A DNA stretch of 64,000 nucleotides from an uncultured Porphyromonadaceae bacterium (GTDB taxonomy: Bacteria; Bacteroidota; Bacteroidia; Bacteroidales; Muribaculaceae): NCBI GenBank assembly GCA_946414395.1, contig CAMKOE010000005.1:14712-78711 (forward strand), in the 5' to 3' direction. Made by a program: the position numbers and the translations under genes. Each line of letters begins with the position of its first letter. Within the stretch, counting starts at the first letter, position 1. Below are positions 45,473 through 55,420 of the stretch, in pieces. Under the pieces are notes generated by a model. The model ran no database searches and was not told the DNA's origin. It was given only the letters and a program-made list of their open reading frames with translations.

Positions 45473-46552
45473 ATGAACGCCGACCTGAACAAGACAAAAC
45501 CTAAATACCGCAACCTGATGTTGCACGTGCTCTGCTGGGCTGTGCTCATCGTTGTGCCTGTGTTTTTCCACAGTTCAGATGACCCGTGGCCCATGGTGTG
45601 GAACCGCTACACGCGATGGCTGGGCACCCCGGTGGCCTATTTGCTGGTCTTCTACATCAACTACCTGTATCTGGTGCCGCGCTTCCTGCTCAAGAAGCGC
45701 GACTGGAAGATGTTCCTGCTCGCCAACGTGGGCGTCATCACCTTGGGACTGCTCACCATGGACTTGTGGCATCTCGTGAGCCAGAACCTGCTGCCCGAGT
45801 TGCACAACAAGGTGCAGAACGTCCCCCGACAGCGTCCCTCTCGCGTGCTGCGCTACTTCTGGGCCGTGCTGACGCTGTCGATGTTTGTGGCCCTCACGGT
45901 CGCCGTGCGCATGATACAGCGCTGGCAGCACATCGAGGACGTGCGCAAGGAGGCCGAGGCCGCCCGTGCCGAGGCCGAATTGAGCAACCTGCGCAACCAG
46001 TTGAACCCCCATTTCCTGCTCAACACGCTCAACAACATCTATGCCCTGATCGCGTTTGACCAGGAAAAGGCTCAGGTCGCCGTGGGCGAGTTGAGCCGAC
46101 TGTTGCGCCACGTGCTCTACGAGAACCAGCAGGATTTCGTGCCCCTGTGCAAGGAGGCCGAGTTCATGAAGAATTACATCGAGTTGATGAAAATACGCGT
46201 CACCAACAACGTGAAGATCAATGCCAACTTCAATGTTCAGCCCAATGACTCGACGCCCGTCGCTCCCCTCATCTTCATTTCCCTGATCGAGAACGCCTTC
46301 AAGCATGGCATCTCGCCCCAGGGCACCGGAGTGATCAATATTGACCTGTCGCAGGTCGATGGCGACATCACCTGTGAGATTCACAACACCTGCTATCCCA
46401 AGCGCGAGAACGACAAGAGCGGGTCGGGCATCGGGCTGGAGCAAGTGAGCCGCCGGCTGGAACTCATGTACCCCGACCGCTACACGTGGGAAAAGGGCAC
46501 GAGCGAGGACGGCAAGCAGTATTATTCCATCATCACCATCAAGAAGAATTGA
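45473..46552 (+). CDS. LytS-type sensor histidine kinase
   Basis: TM N-terminus; L..QLNPHFL.NTLNNIY, LIENAFKHG, GIGL. Confidence 0.93.
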   Translation: MNADLNKTKPKYRNLMLHVLCWAVLIVVPVFFHSSDDPWPMVWNRYTRWLGTPVAYLLVFYINYLYLVPRFLLKKRDWKMFLLANVGVITLGLLTMDLWHLVSQNLLPELHNKVQNVPRQRPSRVLRYFWAVLTLSMFVALTVAVRMIQRWQHIEDVRKEAEAARAEAELSNLRNQLNPHFLLNTLNNIYALIAFDQEKAQVAVGELSRLLRHVLYENQQDFVPLCKEAEFMKNYIELMKIRVTNNVKINANFNVQPNDSTPVAPLIFISLIENAFKHGISPQGTGVINIDLSQVDGDITCEIHNTCYPKRENDKSGSGIGLEQVSRRLELMYPDRYTWEKGTSEDGKQYYSIITIKKN

Positions 46553-46557
46553 CCATT

Positions 46558-47283
46558 ATGATTATCAAGTGTGCGATTGTTGACGACGAACCGCTGGCGG
46601 TCGAACTGCTGGCAAGTTATGTGAATAAAATCCCGTTTCTGGAACTGTGCGGCAAGTATAACAATGCCACCGATGCCCTGCACGGCATCGGCGAGAAGCC
46701 CGTCGACCTGCTCTTCCTCGACATCCAGATGCCGGAACTCAACGGGCTGGAATTGAGCCGCATGGTACCCGAGAACACGCGCATCGTGTTCACCACGGCA
46801 TTTAACCAGTATGCCGTCGATGGGTTCCGTGCCAACGCGCTCGACTACCTGTTGAAGCCCATCAGTTATGCCGACTTTCTGGAGGCGTGCAACAAGGCCC
46901 TGCAGTGGTTTCAACTCGTGCAGCAGAGCGAACAGTCGGCCACGCCCCCCCAGGCCGAGGAGGAACCGCGCAGCATCTTTGTCAAGAGCGAGTACAAACT
47001 GCTGCAGATCAACCTTGACGACATCCGCTACATCGAGGGCTTGAAGGACTATGTGAAAATCTATACCGAGCAGTCACCCCACCCCATCCTGTCGCTCATG
47101 AACATGAAGGCCATCGAGCAGATGCTGCCCACCTCCCGTTTCATCCGCGTCCACCGCTCGTTCATCGTGCAGAAGAGCAAGATACGCGAGATTGAGAGGA
47201 ACCGCATCGTCTTTGGCGACGTGTACATTCCCATCGGCGACAGTTACAAGCAGGTATTCCAGGAGTTTATCAACGCCAAGTGA
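46558..47283 (+). CDS. LytTR-family response regulator
   Basis: IVDDEPLA, FLDIQMP, YLLKP, FIRVHRSFIV. Confidence 0.95.
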   Translation: MIIKCAIVDDEPLAVELLASYVNKIPFLELCGKYNNATDALHGIGEKPVDLLFLDIQMPELNGLELSRMVPENTRIVFTTAFNQYAVDGFRANALDYLLKPISYADFLEACNKALQWFQLVQQSEQSATPPQAEEEPRSIFVKSEYKLLQINLDDIRYIEGLKDYVKIYTEQSPHPILSLMNMKAIEQMLPTSRFIRVHRSFIVQKSKIREIERNRIVFGDVYIPIGDSYKQVFQEFINAK

Positions 47284-47403
47284 CGGTTGCCCGCCTGCCA
47301 ACTTGTCACAGAGTAATTATCCCACGAAAAAATTTGCGTAATTAAAAAAATATTACGTTATTTGCATTATTAAAAATTAATAATGCTTTACAGATAATTC
47401 CCT

Positions 47404-48549
47404 ATGGCAAGCAAGAAGGCGACAAAAATTAAGAATCCATTTGTAAATCAGGGATATATAAGCCCGGAATACTTTTGTGACCGTCAACAAGAGACTGACG
47501 TGATGCTCAATCACTTTGAGAATGGGCGCAATATCACACTGGTTTCTCCGCGTCGCATCGGCAAGACGGGCCTTATCAAGAACCTTTTTTACCAGATAGA
47601 GCGCAAGAACAAGAATTCGATATGCCTTTATATCGACATCTTTGCGACTAAAAACCTGCGCGATTTCACCGAGATGTTCGGCTCGGTAGTCTTCAACGGC
47701 TTTGCCAAGAAGGAAAAAAACTTTTTCCAAAAGGCTGCGGCCCTGCTGGGCAGCCTGCGGCCCGTCTTCAGCAACGACCCCTTCACGGGCGTGCCCAAGA
47801 TGACGATTACCGTCGATCCCTCCCGGTCGCAAATGACCATCCAGCAGATTTTTGAACTGCTGTCGGCCAGCCGCCGCGACATCTACATCGCCATCGACGA
47901 GTTCCAGCAGATCGCCAACTATCCCGAGACCGGCACCGAGGCCCTGCTGCGCTCCCACATCCAGTTTGCCAGCGGTGTCCATTTCATCTTTGCCGGCAGC
48001 AAGTTCCGCCTCATGGCCGAAATGTTCGGCTCACCACAGCGCCCCTTCTTCCAGAGTACTGAGATGATGGACCTCAAGCCGCTCGACCGCGAGGTGTATT
48101 ACCGGTTTGCCAATCAATTCTTCGAGAAAAAGCGCGGTAGCCTCGACCAGGCGACGTTCAACCGGCTGTATGATCTGTTTGAAGGTCACACGTGGTATAT
48201 CCAGAGCGTGCTCAACCGTCTGTATGACAACTACCTGCACGTCAAGTCGATGGATGAAGTCAACCGCGAGATTGTCCACCTGGTGGACTCCCGCTCGCCA
48301 CAGTATGAGAGCCTCGCCCAGTTCCTGTCGTCCAACCAGTTCAACCTCTTGAAGGCCATCGCCAGCGAGGGCATCGTCGCCGAGCCTATGGGCAGCAAGT
48401 TCATCAGCAAGCACAACATGGCGTCGGCCAGCATCGTGCAGTCGGCACTGCGGGGCCTCATGGACAAGGAGATTGTCTATCGCACCCCGCGGGGCTACAT
48501 CATCTATGACCGCTTCATGAGCATCTGGCTCAAGCGCACGTTTGGTTAA
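47404..48549 (+). CDS. AAA+ ATPase (archaeal-ATPase-like) with C-terminal wHTH
   Basis: NPF..YFCDR, SPRRIGKT, IAIDEFQ. Confidence 0.85.
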   Translation: MASKKATKIKNPFVNQGYISPEYFCDRQQETDVMLNHFENGRNITLVSPRRIGKTGLIKNLFYQIERKNKNSICLYIDIFATKNLRDFTEMFGSVVFNGFAKKEKNFFQKAAALLGSLRPVFSNDPFTGVPKMTITVDPSRSQMTIQQIFELLSASRRDIYIAIDEFQQIANYPETGTEALLRSHIQFASGVHFIFAGSKFRLMAEMFGSPQRPFFQSTEMMDLKPLDREVYYRFANQFFEKKRGSLDQATFNRLYDLFEGHTWYIQSVLNRLYDNYLHVKSMDEVNREIVHLVDSRSPQYESLAQFLSSNQFNLLKAIASEGIVAEPMGSKFISKHNMASASIVQSALRGLMDKEIVYRTPRGYIIYDRFMSIWLKRTFG

Positions 48550-48659
48550 ACCGATGGCAGTTGATGACAGTCTAATGCTCGATTTTGGCATGATAATTGT
48601 ATTTTTAATGACAGAATCCTATATCTTTGTACAACAATATTATTGATTAAGGACTGAAT

Positions 48660-49601
48660 ATGGAATTTCATCTGTTTAAGAACGGAAAGCAGGAAGGCCC
48701 GTTTTCCGTCGAAGAGTTGGCTCAGCAGGGGATTACCCCCGAGAGCGAAGTGTGGGCTCCGGGCATGGCCGACTGGATGCAGGCCGGCGATGTGCCCGAG
48801 TTGACCGCGGTGCTGCAGCGTGCCGAGTTTGAAGCCGCCCAGCAGGCCGCACGTGCGGCCGAGAATCGGCCGACCATGGGACAGCCCTATGAACCGGCAC
48901 CCGCTCCCGGCCAATTTCCGCCACAGGTGCCTCCACGCAGGCCCGCCCTGGACGATGACACCAAGAAGAAAAGCGGATGCACGCCATGGCTCATCACCGC
49001 CTTGATACTTGCCATCCTGTTTGCCACGATGGTGTTTACCTGCCCCGAGCGCAAGGACCACGAGGCTGCTATCCAAGAGGTGACCAAGGCATGGGTTGAC
49101 GACAAGGTCAACCAGAACCTGGGGAGCATCACGGGCATCGGCGGAGCCTTTGGCGACCTGATTGACAAGGCCATCAAGGAATTGACGGGAATCGGGACCG
49201 ACAAGATCATCTCCAATTATCTCGACGTCAAGAACTATGTCGTCTGCTCGGTGGGCACGGTCAACGTGAACGAGAACGAGACAAAGATGGTTTCGCTGGG
49301 CGTGTTCGGCCATGTGTTCACCTTCGGCAAGGAGGATATCGAGAAAGCATGGAGCCAGGCCATGGACAAGTATGAGGCCAACCACCGCATCACACCACCG
49401 CCCGTCCAACAGGACGAGGAAACCTATGACCCGCAGGCCGACGAAGAGACTGTGCCAGGCTCTGACCCCATGTTGCCCGACAGCATCATGGGCGTCGAGG
49501 TGCCCGATGGCATGGACACCATGCTCAACAACATGGCCAACCAGGCCGTCCGCATGGCCAAGGAGTGGGCCAAGCAGCAGATCGACAACCTGGGCAAGTA
49601 G
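48660..49601 (+). CDS. GYF_2 (DUF4339) domain membrane protein
   Basis: Q.GPFS.EEL..I.P...VW..GM.DW..A..VPEL; TM helix then periplasmic domain. Confidence 0.8.
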   Translation: MEFHLFKNGKQEGPFSVEELAQQGITPESEVWAPGMADWMQAGDVPELTAVLQRAEFEAAQQAARAAENRPTMGQPYEPAPAPGQFPPQVPPRRPALDDDTKKKSGCTPWLITALILAILFATMVFTCPERKDHEAAIQEVTKAWVDDKVNQNLGSITGIGGAFGDLIDKAIKELTGIGTDKIISNYLDVKNYVVCSVGTVNVNENETKMVSLGVFGHVFTFGKEDIEKAWSQAMDKYEANHRITPPPVQQDEETYDPQADEETVPGSDPMLPDSIMGVEVPDGMDTMLNNMANQAVRMAKEWAKQQIDNLGK

Positions 49602-49632
49602 TAACAGTTCCCGCCCTACCGGCTAGAAACAT

Positions 49633-49671
49633 CAAGGGACCGTGCCACAATCGTGTTGACACGGTCCCTTG
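49633..49671. terminator. Bidirectional terminator
   Basis: CAAGGGACCGTG / CACGGTCCCTTG between convergent genes. Confidence 0.75.
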
Positions 49672-49696
49672 TTTGTTTGAAAGTTCCTAGAGGCCA

Positions 49697-50338
49697 TCAG
49701 CCAGTGCACATTTTCATGACAATCATGAAGAACATGACGATGAGGATAATGGACAGACAACTCAGGCGCCGGGGTTGAGGCTCCTTGCCGCGGCTATCCT
49801 GCGGCGGGACGGGAGCGCTGTACATGCCGCGGTGGGGGATGAGAATCTGGCGGGGTCCGCCATTGTTATAGGGGCCGATGACATGGTCCTCCTCGAGCAG
49901 GCGTATGAGGTTGGCCGCGCGCTCGTCGCTGATGTGGAAGTGGTCACGCAGCATCATGGGCGTGATCGACGAGCAGGTCATCAGGAACTGCAACACATCC
50001 TGATAGAGCGGGTCGTTGTCGGGCAAGGGGGGCGGCAACACAGTGACGTCCTCGGGCGCGGCATCGACGGCAGTCACCGGCGCGTCAAAACTGGTGCCGC
50101 AGTTGGGACAGAAGTGGGCATTGCTGCTCGCCTCATGGCCACACTTGGGACAGGAAATCGTGTGGGACGGCTCCACGCCAGTGTCCAGGTCTAATGAGTC
50201 ATGGGGGATATAGGCATAGTCTCCCACAATCTGGAGTTGGCTCAGGCACTGGGGACAGATGACCTTGTAGTCACTACTGATGAGCACCTCGGTGCTCAGG
50301 TCCATCTTCTTGCCACACTTGGGACAGGTGTATATCAT
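49697..50338 (-). CDS. Zinc-ribbon + FtsK-gamma-like domain membrane protein
   Basis: Four CxxC pairs; DPLY...L...F.I...RAA.LI..LE...VIGP..G.PRQIL; C-terminal TM. Confidence 0.75.
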   Translation of the reverse strand: MIYTCPKCGKKMDLSTEVLISSDYKVICPQCLSQLQIVGDYAYIPHDSLDLDTGVEPSHTISCPKCGHEASSNAHFCPNCGTSFDAPVTAVDAAPEDVTVLPPPLPDNDPLYQDVLQFLMTCSSITPMMLRDHFHISDERAANLIRLLEEDHVIGPYNNGGPRQILIPHRGMYSAPVPPQDSRGKEPQPRRLSCLSIILIVMFFMIVMKMCTG

Positions 50339-50498
50339 AATCGGTCATTATTTTTATCATCGGTAGCAATCATCGCGCTACAACTATTGTTATGCTGCAA
50401 AAACCGTGCCGCTCTTCTCGGTCACGGCGGGAAGAAAGACGACAGCCCCACCGTTGCGCAGGGCTGCCGTTATAATCTTGTCTTCTCAATATTGATGA

Positions 50499-50723
50499 TT
50501 AGTACTCGTCGGGATCAAAGAAGAAGTCGTCATCGTTGGTCGGATAGTCGGGCCAGATATCCTCAATGGACTCATAGGTATCGCCTTCATCTTCAATCTC
50601 TTGCAGGTTCTCTATCACCTCGAGAGGTGCGCCACTGCGCACGGCATAATCGATTAACTCGGCCTTGGTGGCGGGCCAGGGAGCGTCCTCGAGTTTTGTT
50701 GCCAATTCAAGTGTCCAATACAT
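50499..50723 (-). CDS. DUF2795-family protein
   Basis: MYWTLELA..LEDAPWPATK.ELIDYA.RSGAP, conserved Bacteroidetes small protein. Confidence 0.88.
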   Translation of the reverse strand: MYWTLELATKLEDAPWPATKAELIDYAVRSGAPLEVIENLQEIEDEGDTYESIEDIWPDYPTNDDDFFFDPDEY

Positions 50724-50832
50724 AGTTTTTTCTAGTTGTGTTTTTATTTATGAAATATCCTGTTTTTTAAAATTGCGCAAAGGTAATATAAATTTTGATA
50801 TACGATTGTTTTTCGGGAATTATTTTTCTATT

Positions 50833-51387
50833 TCAGGCGTCTTTATCCCAATAAATTTCCTCGACCTGATTGTGGATATTATTGAACCGTGCAAAAACGA
50901 AGAAGAAATCGCTCAATCGGTTCAGGTACTCCAGCACGAGAGGTTCGACAGGAGCCACATGGGACAACGACACCACGCGGCGCTCGGCACGGCGCGTGAT
51001 GGTGCGGCAGCGATCGGCCGTGGCCGACAGGCGTGAGCCGCCAGGCAGGACGAAACCGCGCATGGGCGGCAATTCCTCGTTCATCTCGTCCATCATCTTC
51101 TCCAGCGCGACGACATCGTCCTGCGTGAGGCCATAGAGGGTTGCCCCCTCGCTGTCATTGGCCAGATAGGCCCCGATGTTGAACAGTTTGTTCTGGACCT
51201 TGCGCAGCAGGGCCACGATGTCGTTATCATCGAGTTTGGTGCTGTGCAGCAGCACGCCGATGTTGCTGTTCAACTCATCGACGGTGCCGTAGGCCTCGAC
51301 GCGCACGTCGTCCTTGCTAACGCGGTTGCCGCTCACCAGCGACGTCATGCCGGCATCGCCGGTGCGGGTATAAACTTTAGTGATCAT
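50833..51387 (-). CDS. PduO-type cob(I)alamin adenosyltransferase
   Basis: KVYTRTGDAGMTSL, AYGTVDELNS, FVLPGG, RRAERR, YLNRLSD. Confidence 0.93.
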   Translation of the reverse strand: MITKVYTRTGDAGMTSLVSGNRVSKDDVRVEAYGTVDELNSNIGVLLHSTKLDDNDIVALLRKVQNKLFNIGAYLANDSEGATLYGLTQDDVVALEKMMDEMNEELPPMRGFVLPGGSRLSATADRCRTITRRAERRVVSLSHVAPVEPLVLEYLNRLSDFFFVFARFNNIHNQVEEIYWDKDA

Positions 51388-51564
51388 ATTGTAGTTGTTA
51401 TTTGTGTTATTTGTGTTGTTGTCAATAAGGATTATCAACTATAGTATTATCATAACGGATAAATACCGCCAATGTTATATCCCCCAGCAAGAAACATGCC
51501 ATCACGCCGATAACTGACGTAATGGCATGGATGTAATGCGGCTTGTGGGGGTGACGCGTGCGCG

Positions 51565-52668
51565 CTAGAACTTGAAGATGTCACAGAAGATGATAGCCAC
51601 CGCCCATTCATAGGGGCGTGCATCGCAGTAACCGAGCGTCTTGCCGCTCTGGTTCATGTCGATGCGGCCGCCGGCATGCACCTCGGCAACAGTGGCATTG
51701 GAGCCGGGGACGGCGATGGAGCCGCCGCTGGACACGGTGCACACCTTGCCGCTGCGGTCATAGATGTCGCCCATGCTGATGCGGCCGATGGTGCTGCCCG
51801 ACGCGTCCACGATGTCACCGCTGCCGTTGGGCAACTGGCCTATCTTCTTGTGCGACGAGTCATAGACCACGCCATTGGCATCGACAAAGCCCCTGTCGCT
51901 GCCTTTCTCGATGCGCCACTCCTGGACCTTGGGGGCAGCCGTAGCCTTCTTGGTGCCTGTGGCTTTGTTGCTGTTGGTGGTTTTCTTGCTGCCGGACTGA
52001 GCGTTTTTCGCTTGGTTGGCTGCCATGGCCTTGCGCTTGGCTTCTTGCTCCTGCGCAGCCTTGAGCCTGGCTTCTTCGGCTTGTTTGCGCTCCTGCTCGG
52101 CGCGCAGTTGCTCCTCCTTGATTTGCGCCCTCCTGGCGGTGATAGCCTGCTTGTCGTTCAGGATGCCAAAGTAGATGTAGGCTGCCACCTGCCTGTCGAT
52201 GCCCGGGGCTTTGCCTATCGTCTTGCCCTCCCAGGTCACCTTGCCGGCATTGTCGATGTTGCCGATGGCCTCGCCATCCATCACCACGTCGCCACTGGCT
52301 GTCACGGTCAGGTAGGGAGTGCAATTCTGGCAGTTGACAGCGCCACCGTCAAGCAGTTGACCCGCCTTGCGGCCATCGCCATCCGTGATGTCGCCGTTCT
52401 TGTCGATGGAATAGACGGTTTTCTTGTCTGCACTGCCTTGGATAACGATTTTACCGTTCTTGCTGCGGTAGAAACCCTTGCAGGCGTCCATGTAGTAGAA
52501 GTCGATGTCGCCGTTGGCCTTCTTGATACCGTCATCTACTTTCTCCTTGACCTCCTTGGCCTTTTTGACAGCCTGCTTGCCCTTGTTGATGAGGTTGCCC
52601 AGTTGTGCCTCAGCAGGCAGGCAGCACAACAGCATGGCGATCAATGCTATAAGTCCTGTTCTTTTCAT
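51565..52668 (-). CDS. Secreted protein with two beta-hairpin repeat regions
   Basis: Signal peptide; repeated G.V.D..G..IG motifs flanking a coiled coil. Confidence 0.7.
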   Translation of the reverse strand: MKRTGLIALIAMLLCCLPAEAQLGNLINKGKQAVKKAKEVKEKVDDGIKKANGDIDFYYMDACKGFYRSKNGKIVIQGSADKKTVYSIDKNGDITDGDGRKAGQLLDGGAVNCQNCTPYLTVTASGDVVMDGEAIGNIDNAGKVTWEGKTIGKAPGIDRQVAAYIYFGILNDKQAITARRAQIKEEQLRAEQERKQAEEARLKAAQEQEAKRKAMAANQAKNAQSGSKKTTNSNKATGTKKATAAPKVQEWRIEKGSDRGFVDANGVVYDSSHKKIGQLPNGSGDIVDASGSTIGRISMGDIYDRSGKVCTVSSGGSIAVPGSNATVAEVHAGGRIDMNQSGKTLGYCDARPYEWAVAIIFCDIFKF

Positions 52669-52891
52669 AATAATACTATTTAGTGATTGGTATGTAGCAA
52701 AGATAGCATATAATATCTAATTGTGCGACATATTTTCTCAAAAAAACTAGTTTTTCGGGAATTAAATGCGCTTTTCATGTAAAAAATCTCGGATTCCTTT
52801 AAATGACCACCATCCATCCTCAAAATATTGTTCATGCCCATTCGTGACAATTCTTGGGTAATTATTACACTTAAGCCGTTTTTTCCTGAAT

Positions 52892-54244
52892 TCAGAGCAA
52901 TAGTGCGGCGGCAATAGCGATTAGAGCGATGGCGGTGAGGCCCATAATCAGGGTCATCAGAGTCATGGTGCGGTAGCCGTCGCGGGCCTTGATGCCACCA
53001 AATCCGGTGACGACCCAGAAGTAACTGTCGTTGGCGTGCGACACTGTCATCGCGCCGGCACCGATGGCCATAACCACGAGGGCAGCAGCCAGTGGGCTCG
53101 AGAAGCCCAGTGCATTCATCATCGAGCCAGAGTCACTGAATATGCCCATCATGCTCGCTGTGGTCGTGATGGCTACCGTCGACGAGCCTTGGGCCGACTT
53201 TAGGATGGCGGCAATGAGGAATGGGAAGACGACACCCAATGCTTTGAACGCCTCGCCCGATTCCTTGATGATATCTACAAATCCACTGGCCACAACCACG
53301 GCGCCCAGCACACCGCCCGCTGCGGTGATGAAGATGATGGGGCCTGCGGTCTTGAGCGACGATTGGGTAATGTCATAGAATTGGCTGGTCATCTTGGTCT
53401 GCATCAGCAACGGAAGGCAAGACAATAACGCAATGATCAGGGCGATGACAGGCTTGCCCAGGAAGGTGAGAACCGTAGTAAGGCTATCAGGCAGGGGCAC
53501 CAGTGTTGCCGCGCTGCCTAGCGCCATGAGCACGATGGGCAAGACAATGGGCAGGAAAGCCAGCGTCGCGCTGCAGGGGTACTCGCCCTCACTTGCCTGG
53601 CCTTCGGTAGATGATTCGGCAGGTTCGACTTTCTTGCCGACGCAGCCCGCAAAGAAATAGGCGGGAATCAGTGACAGGAGCGACATGATGGCGCCCAAGG
53701 CAATGACCAGCAGCAAGTTATTCTCAATGCCCACCATGCCAGCGGCTGCCACGGGCCCTGGCGTGGGCGGGATAAAAACGTGCGAGGCAAACAAGCCCGC
53801 CGCCAGCGCCAGCATCAAGGGTATAGGTGAGATACCCGACCGCTTGGCCAGCGACTTGCCTATCGGGCTGACTAGCACAAAACCACTGTCGCAGAACACC
53901 GGAATCGACACGATCCAGCCGATGAGCATCATTGCCAAGCGCGGATGGCGCTTGCCCACCACGCGCTCCACGGCACGGGCCAGGGCCACGGCGCCACTGG
54001 TACGTTCCAGCACGCTGCCAATCAGTGTGCCGAAGATAATCACTAGAGCAATGCCGCTCATCACGCTGCCGAATCCCTTGCCGATGACGTCAGGGATGTC
54101 GGTGAACGGAATGCCCAGCAAGAGCGCCAACAGAATCGCGGTACCCAGTATCGCTAGGAACGGATGAACCCTCCACTGTGCAATCGCCACTACCATTAGC
54201 ACGATAGCCGCAGCAAATATCAATAATGTACTCATCGTCGTCAT
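52892..54244 (-). CDS. GntP-family permease
   Basis: HPFLA, IPVFCDSGF, PPTPGP, AQGSSTVA, SHANDSYFW; many TM helices. Confidence 0.92.
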   Translation of the reverse strand: MTTMSTLLIFAAAIVLMVVAIAQWRVHPFLAILGTAILLALLLGIPFTDIPDVIGKGFGSVMSGIALVIIFGTLIGSVLERTSGAVALARAVERVVGKRHPRLAMMLIGWIVSIPVFCDSGFVLVSPIGKSLAKRSGISPIPLMLALAAGLFASHVFIPPTPGPVAAAGMVGIENNLLLVIALGAIMSLLSLIPAYFFAGCVGKKVEPAESSTEGQASEGEYPCSATLAFLPIVLPIVLMALGSAATLVPLPDSLTTVLTFLGKPVIALIIALLSCLPLLMQTKMTSQFYDITQSSLKTAGPIIFITAAGGVLGAVVVASGFVDIIKESGEAFKALGVVFPFLIAAILKSAQGSSTVAITTTASMMGIFSDSGSMMNALGFSSPLAAALVVMAIGAGAMTVSHANDSYFWVVTGFGGIKARDGYRTMTLMTLIMGLTAIALIAIAAALLL

Positions 54245-54395
54245 ACCCGCAAAGGTACAACATAAAATCCAGAGAATCAAATCATCCACCCTCTATTATA
54301 AAAACACGAATGCCTACAAATATCCACGAATAATCATAAATAGAAAATGATTCATGACCATACGTGTTAAATGAAAGTTTCTGGTAATTGGTGCC

Positions 54396-55256
54396 CTAGA
54401 ACTCGATGCCCAGTTTGAACGATAGGCAGTGATAGGGATTGTTCTGCTCGTTGCCGCCCTCATGGTGCCAGATGGCTGATGTCTCGTAGTTGAAAGCCAC
54501 AATATCGGTACTCTGCATGCTGTACCCCAACGAGGGATTGATAGCCAATCTGTCGTTAAGGCCGATGCGGCAACCCAGCGAGGGGTTGAGCATCATGCCG
54601 AATGCTTTGCCACCGAAGGTATAGCCCACTCGGAAATCCAAGTAAGGAGAGAACCTGCTTTTTAACAGGTCGAGCCTGATGTCACCAAACACGGGAAAGA
54701 TATAGAAGTCAGATTTTTTACTCATGTAACCATTAACAGCAGCAACATAATCGCCATATATTGAACTCGGTACAGAAGTATATATATTAAATGGAGGGGC
54801 CTTGAGATGTTTTTTGTGAATATATCTCATACCCACACCAGCGCCGATGTACAACCATGGCTTGAACTGATAGCCATGGGAGGTGCTGAAACCCAAGTGA
54901 TCCTTAGACACCGCATCGATAGAAAGATAGTACTCCAGGTCAACGAAGCCGCGGTAACCCTTCTGCGGGCCCTTGCCTGGGGTGAAGTCGCCGCCCATCG
55001 CCTGCTGCGGCTGCCAGTCCTCCTTGGTGATCTGCCTGATGCGGTCCCAGTAGATGGTCTGCAGTGTGCCGTCATCCTCCTGGATGACCAGCGAGTCCAG
55101 CGGAGCATAGGACACAATCTTGCCCCTCACGCGGTGGCCGTTTTTTAACTTCACCACCTCCTGTTTCTCTTTCTTGCCCTTGAGGGCTTGTGCCTGGGCG
55201 GTCATGCCTCCCAGCAGGCACAATATCAGGATAAAGACAATTCGTTTCATGATCAT
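54396..55256 (-). CDS. Outer-membrane beta-barrel protein
   Basis: Signal peptide, V.LKNG...G.I N-domain, GYRGFVD, STSHGYQF, terminal F. Confidence 0.75.
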   Translation of the reverse strand: MIMKRIVFILILCLLGGMTAQAQALKGKKEKQEVVKLKNGHRVRGKIVSYAPLDSLVIQEDDGTLQTIYWDRIRQITKEDWQPQQAMGGDFTPGKGPQKGYRGFVDLEYYLSIDAVSKDHLGFSTSHGYQFKPWLYIGAGVGMRYIHKKHLKAPPFNIYTSVPSSIYGDYVAAVNGYMSKKSDFYIFPVFGDIRLDLLKSRFSPYLDFRVGYTFGGKAFGMMLNPSLGCRIGLNDRLAINPSLGYSMQSTDIVAFNYETSAIWHHEGGNEQNNPYHCLSFKLGIEF

Positions 55257-55420
55257 TACGGTTTATCGGGTTATTAGCTGATTTTTACAGTGCAAATGTA
55301 TAAAAAGTGAACACATCCACGTGTGATTTTCCAAAAAATTAGTGCGTATTCCTCTTTTTTGTCTGATTTGCGTGGATGCGTTCACTACTGTTTCCAGGGA
55401 ACCATTTTGTTCCCTCATGC

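Noticed and set aside
47404-48549. AAA ATPase as a defence gene
   Set aside because: Stand-alone, outside the prophage, with no effector domain or partner visible; a common Bacteroidales family.
51388-51438. Asn-rich N-terminal extension (NNTNNTNNNYN) of the adenosyltransferase
   Set aside because: AT-rich leader with short ACAAATA repeats; the family starts at MITKVYTRTGD (51387).
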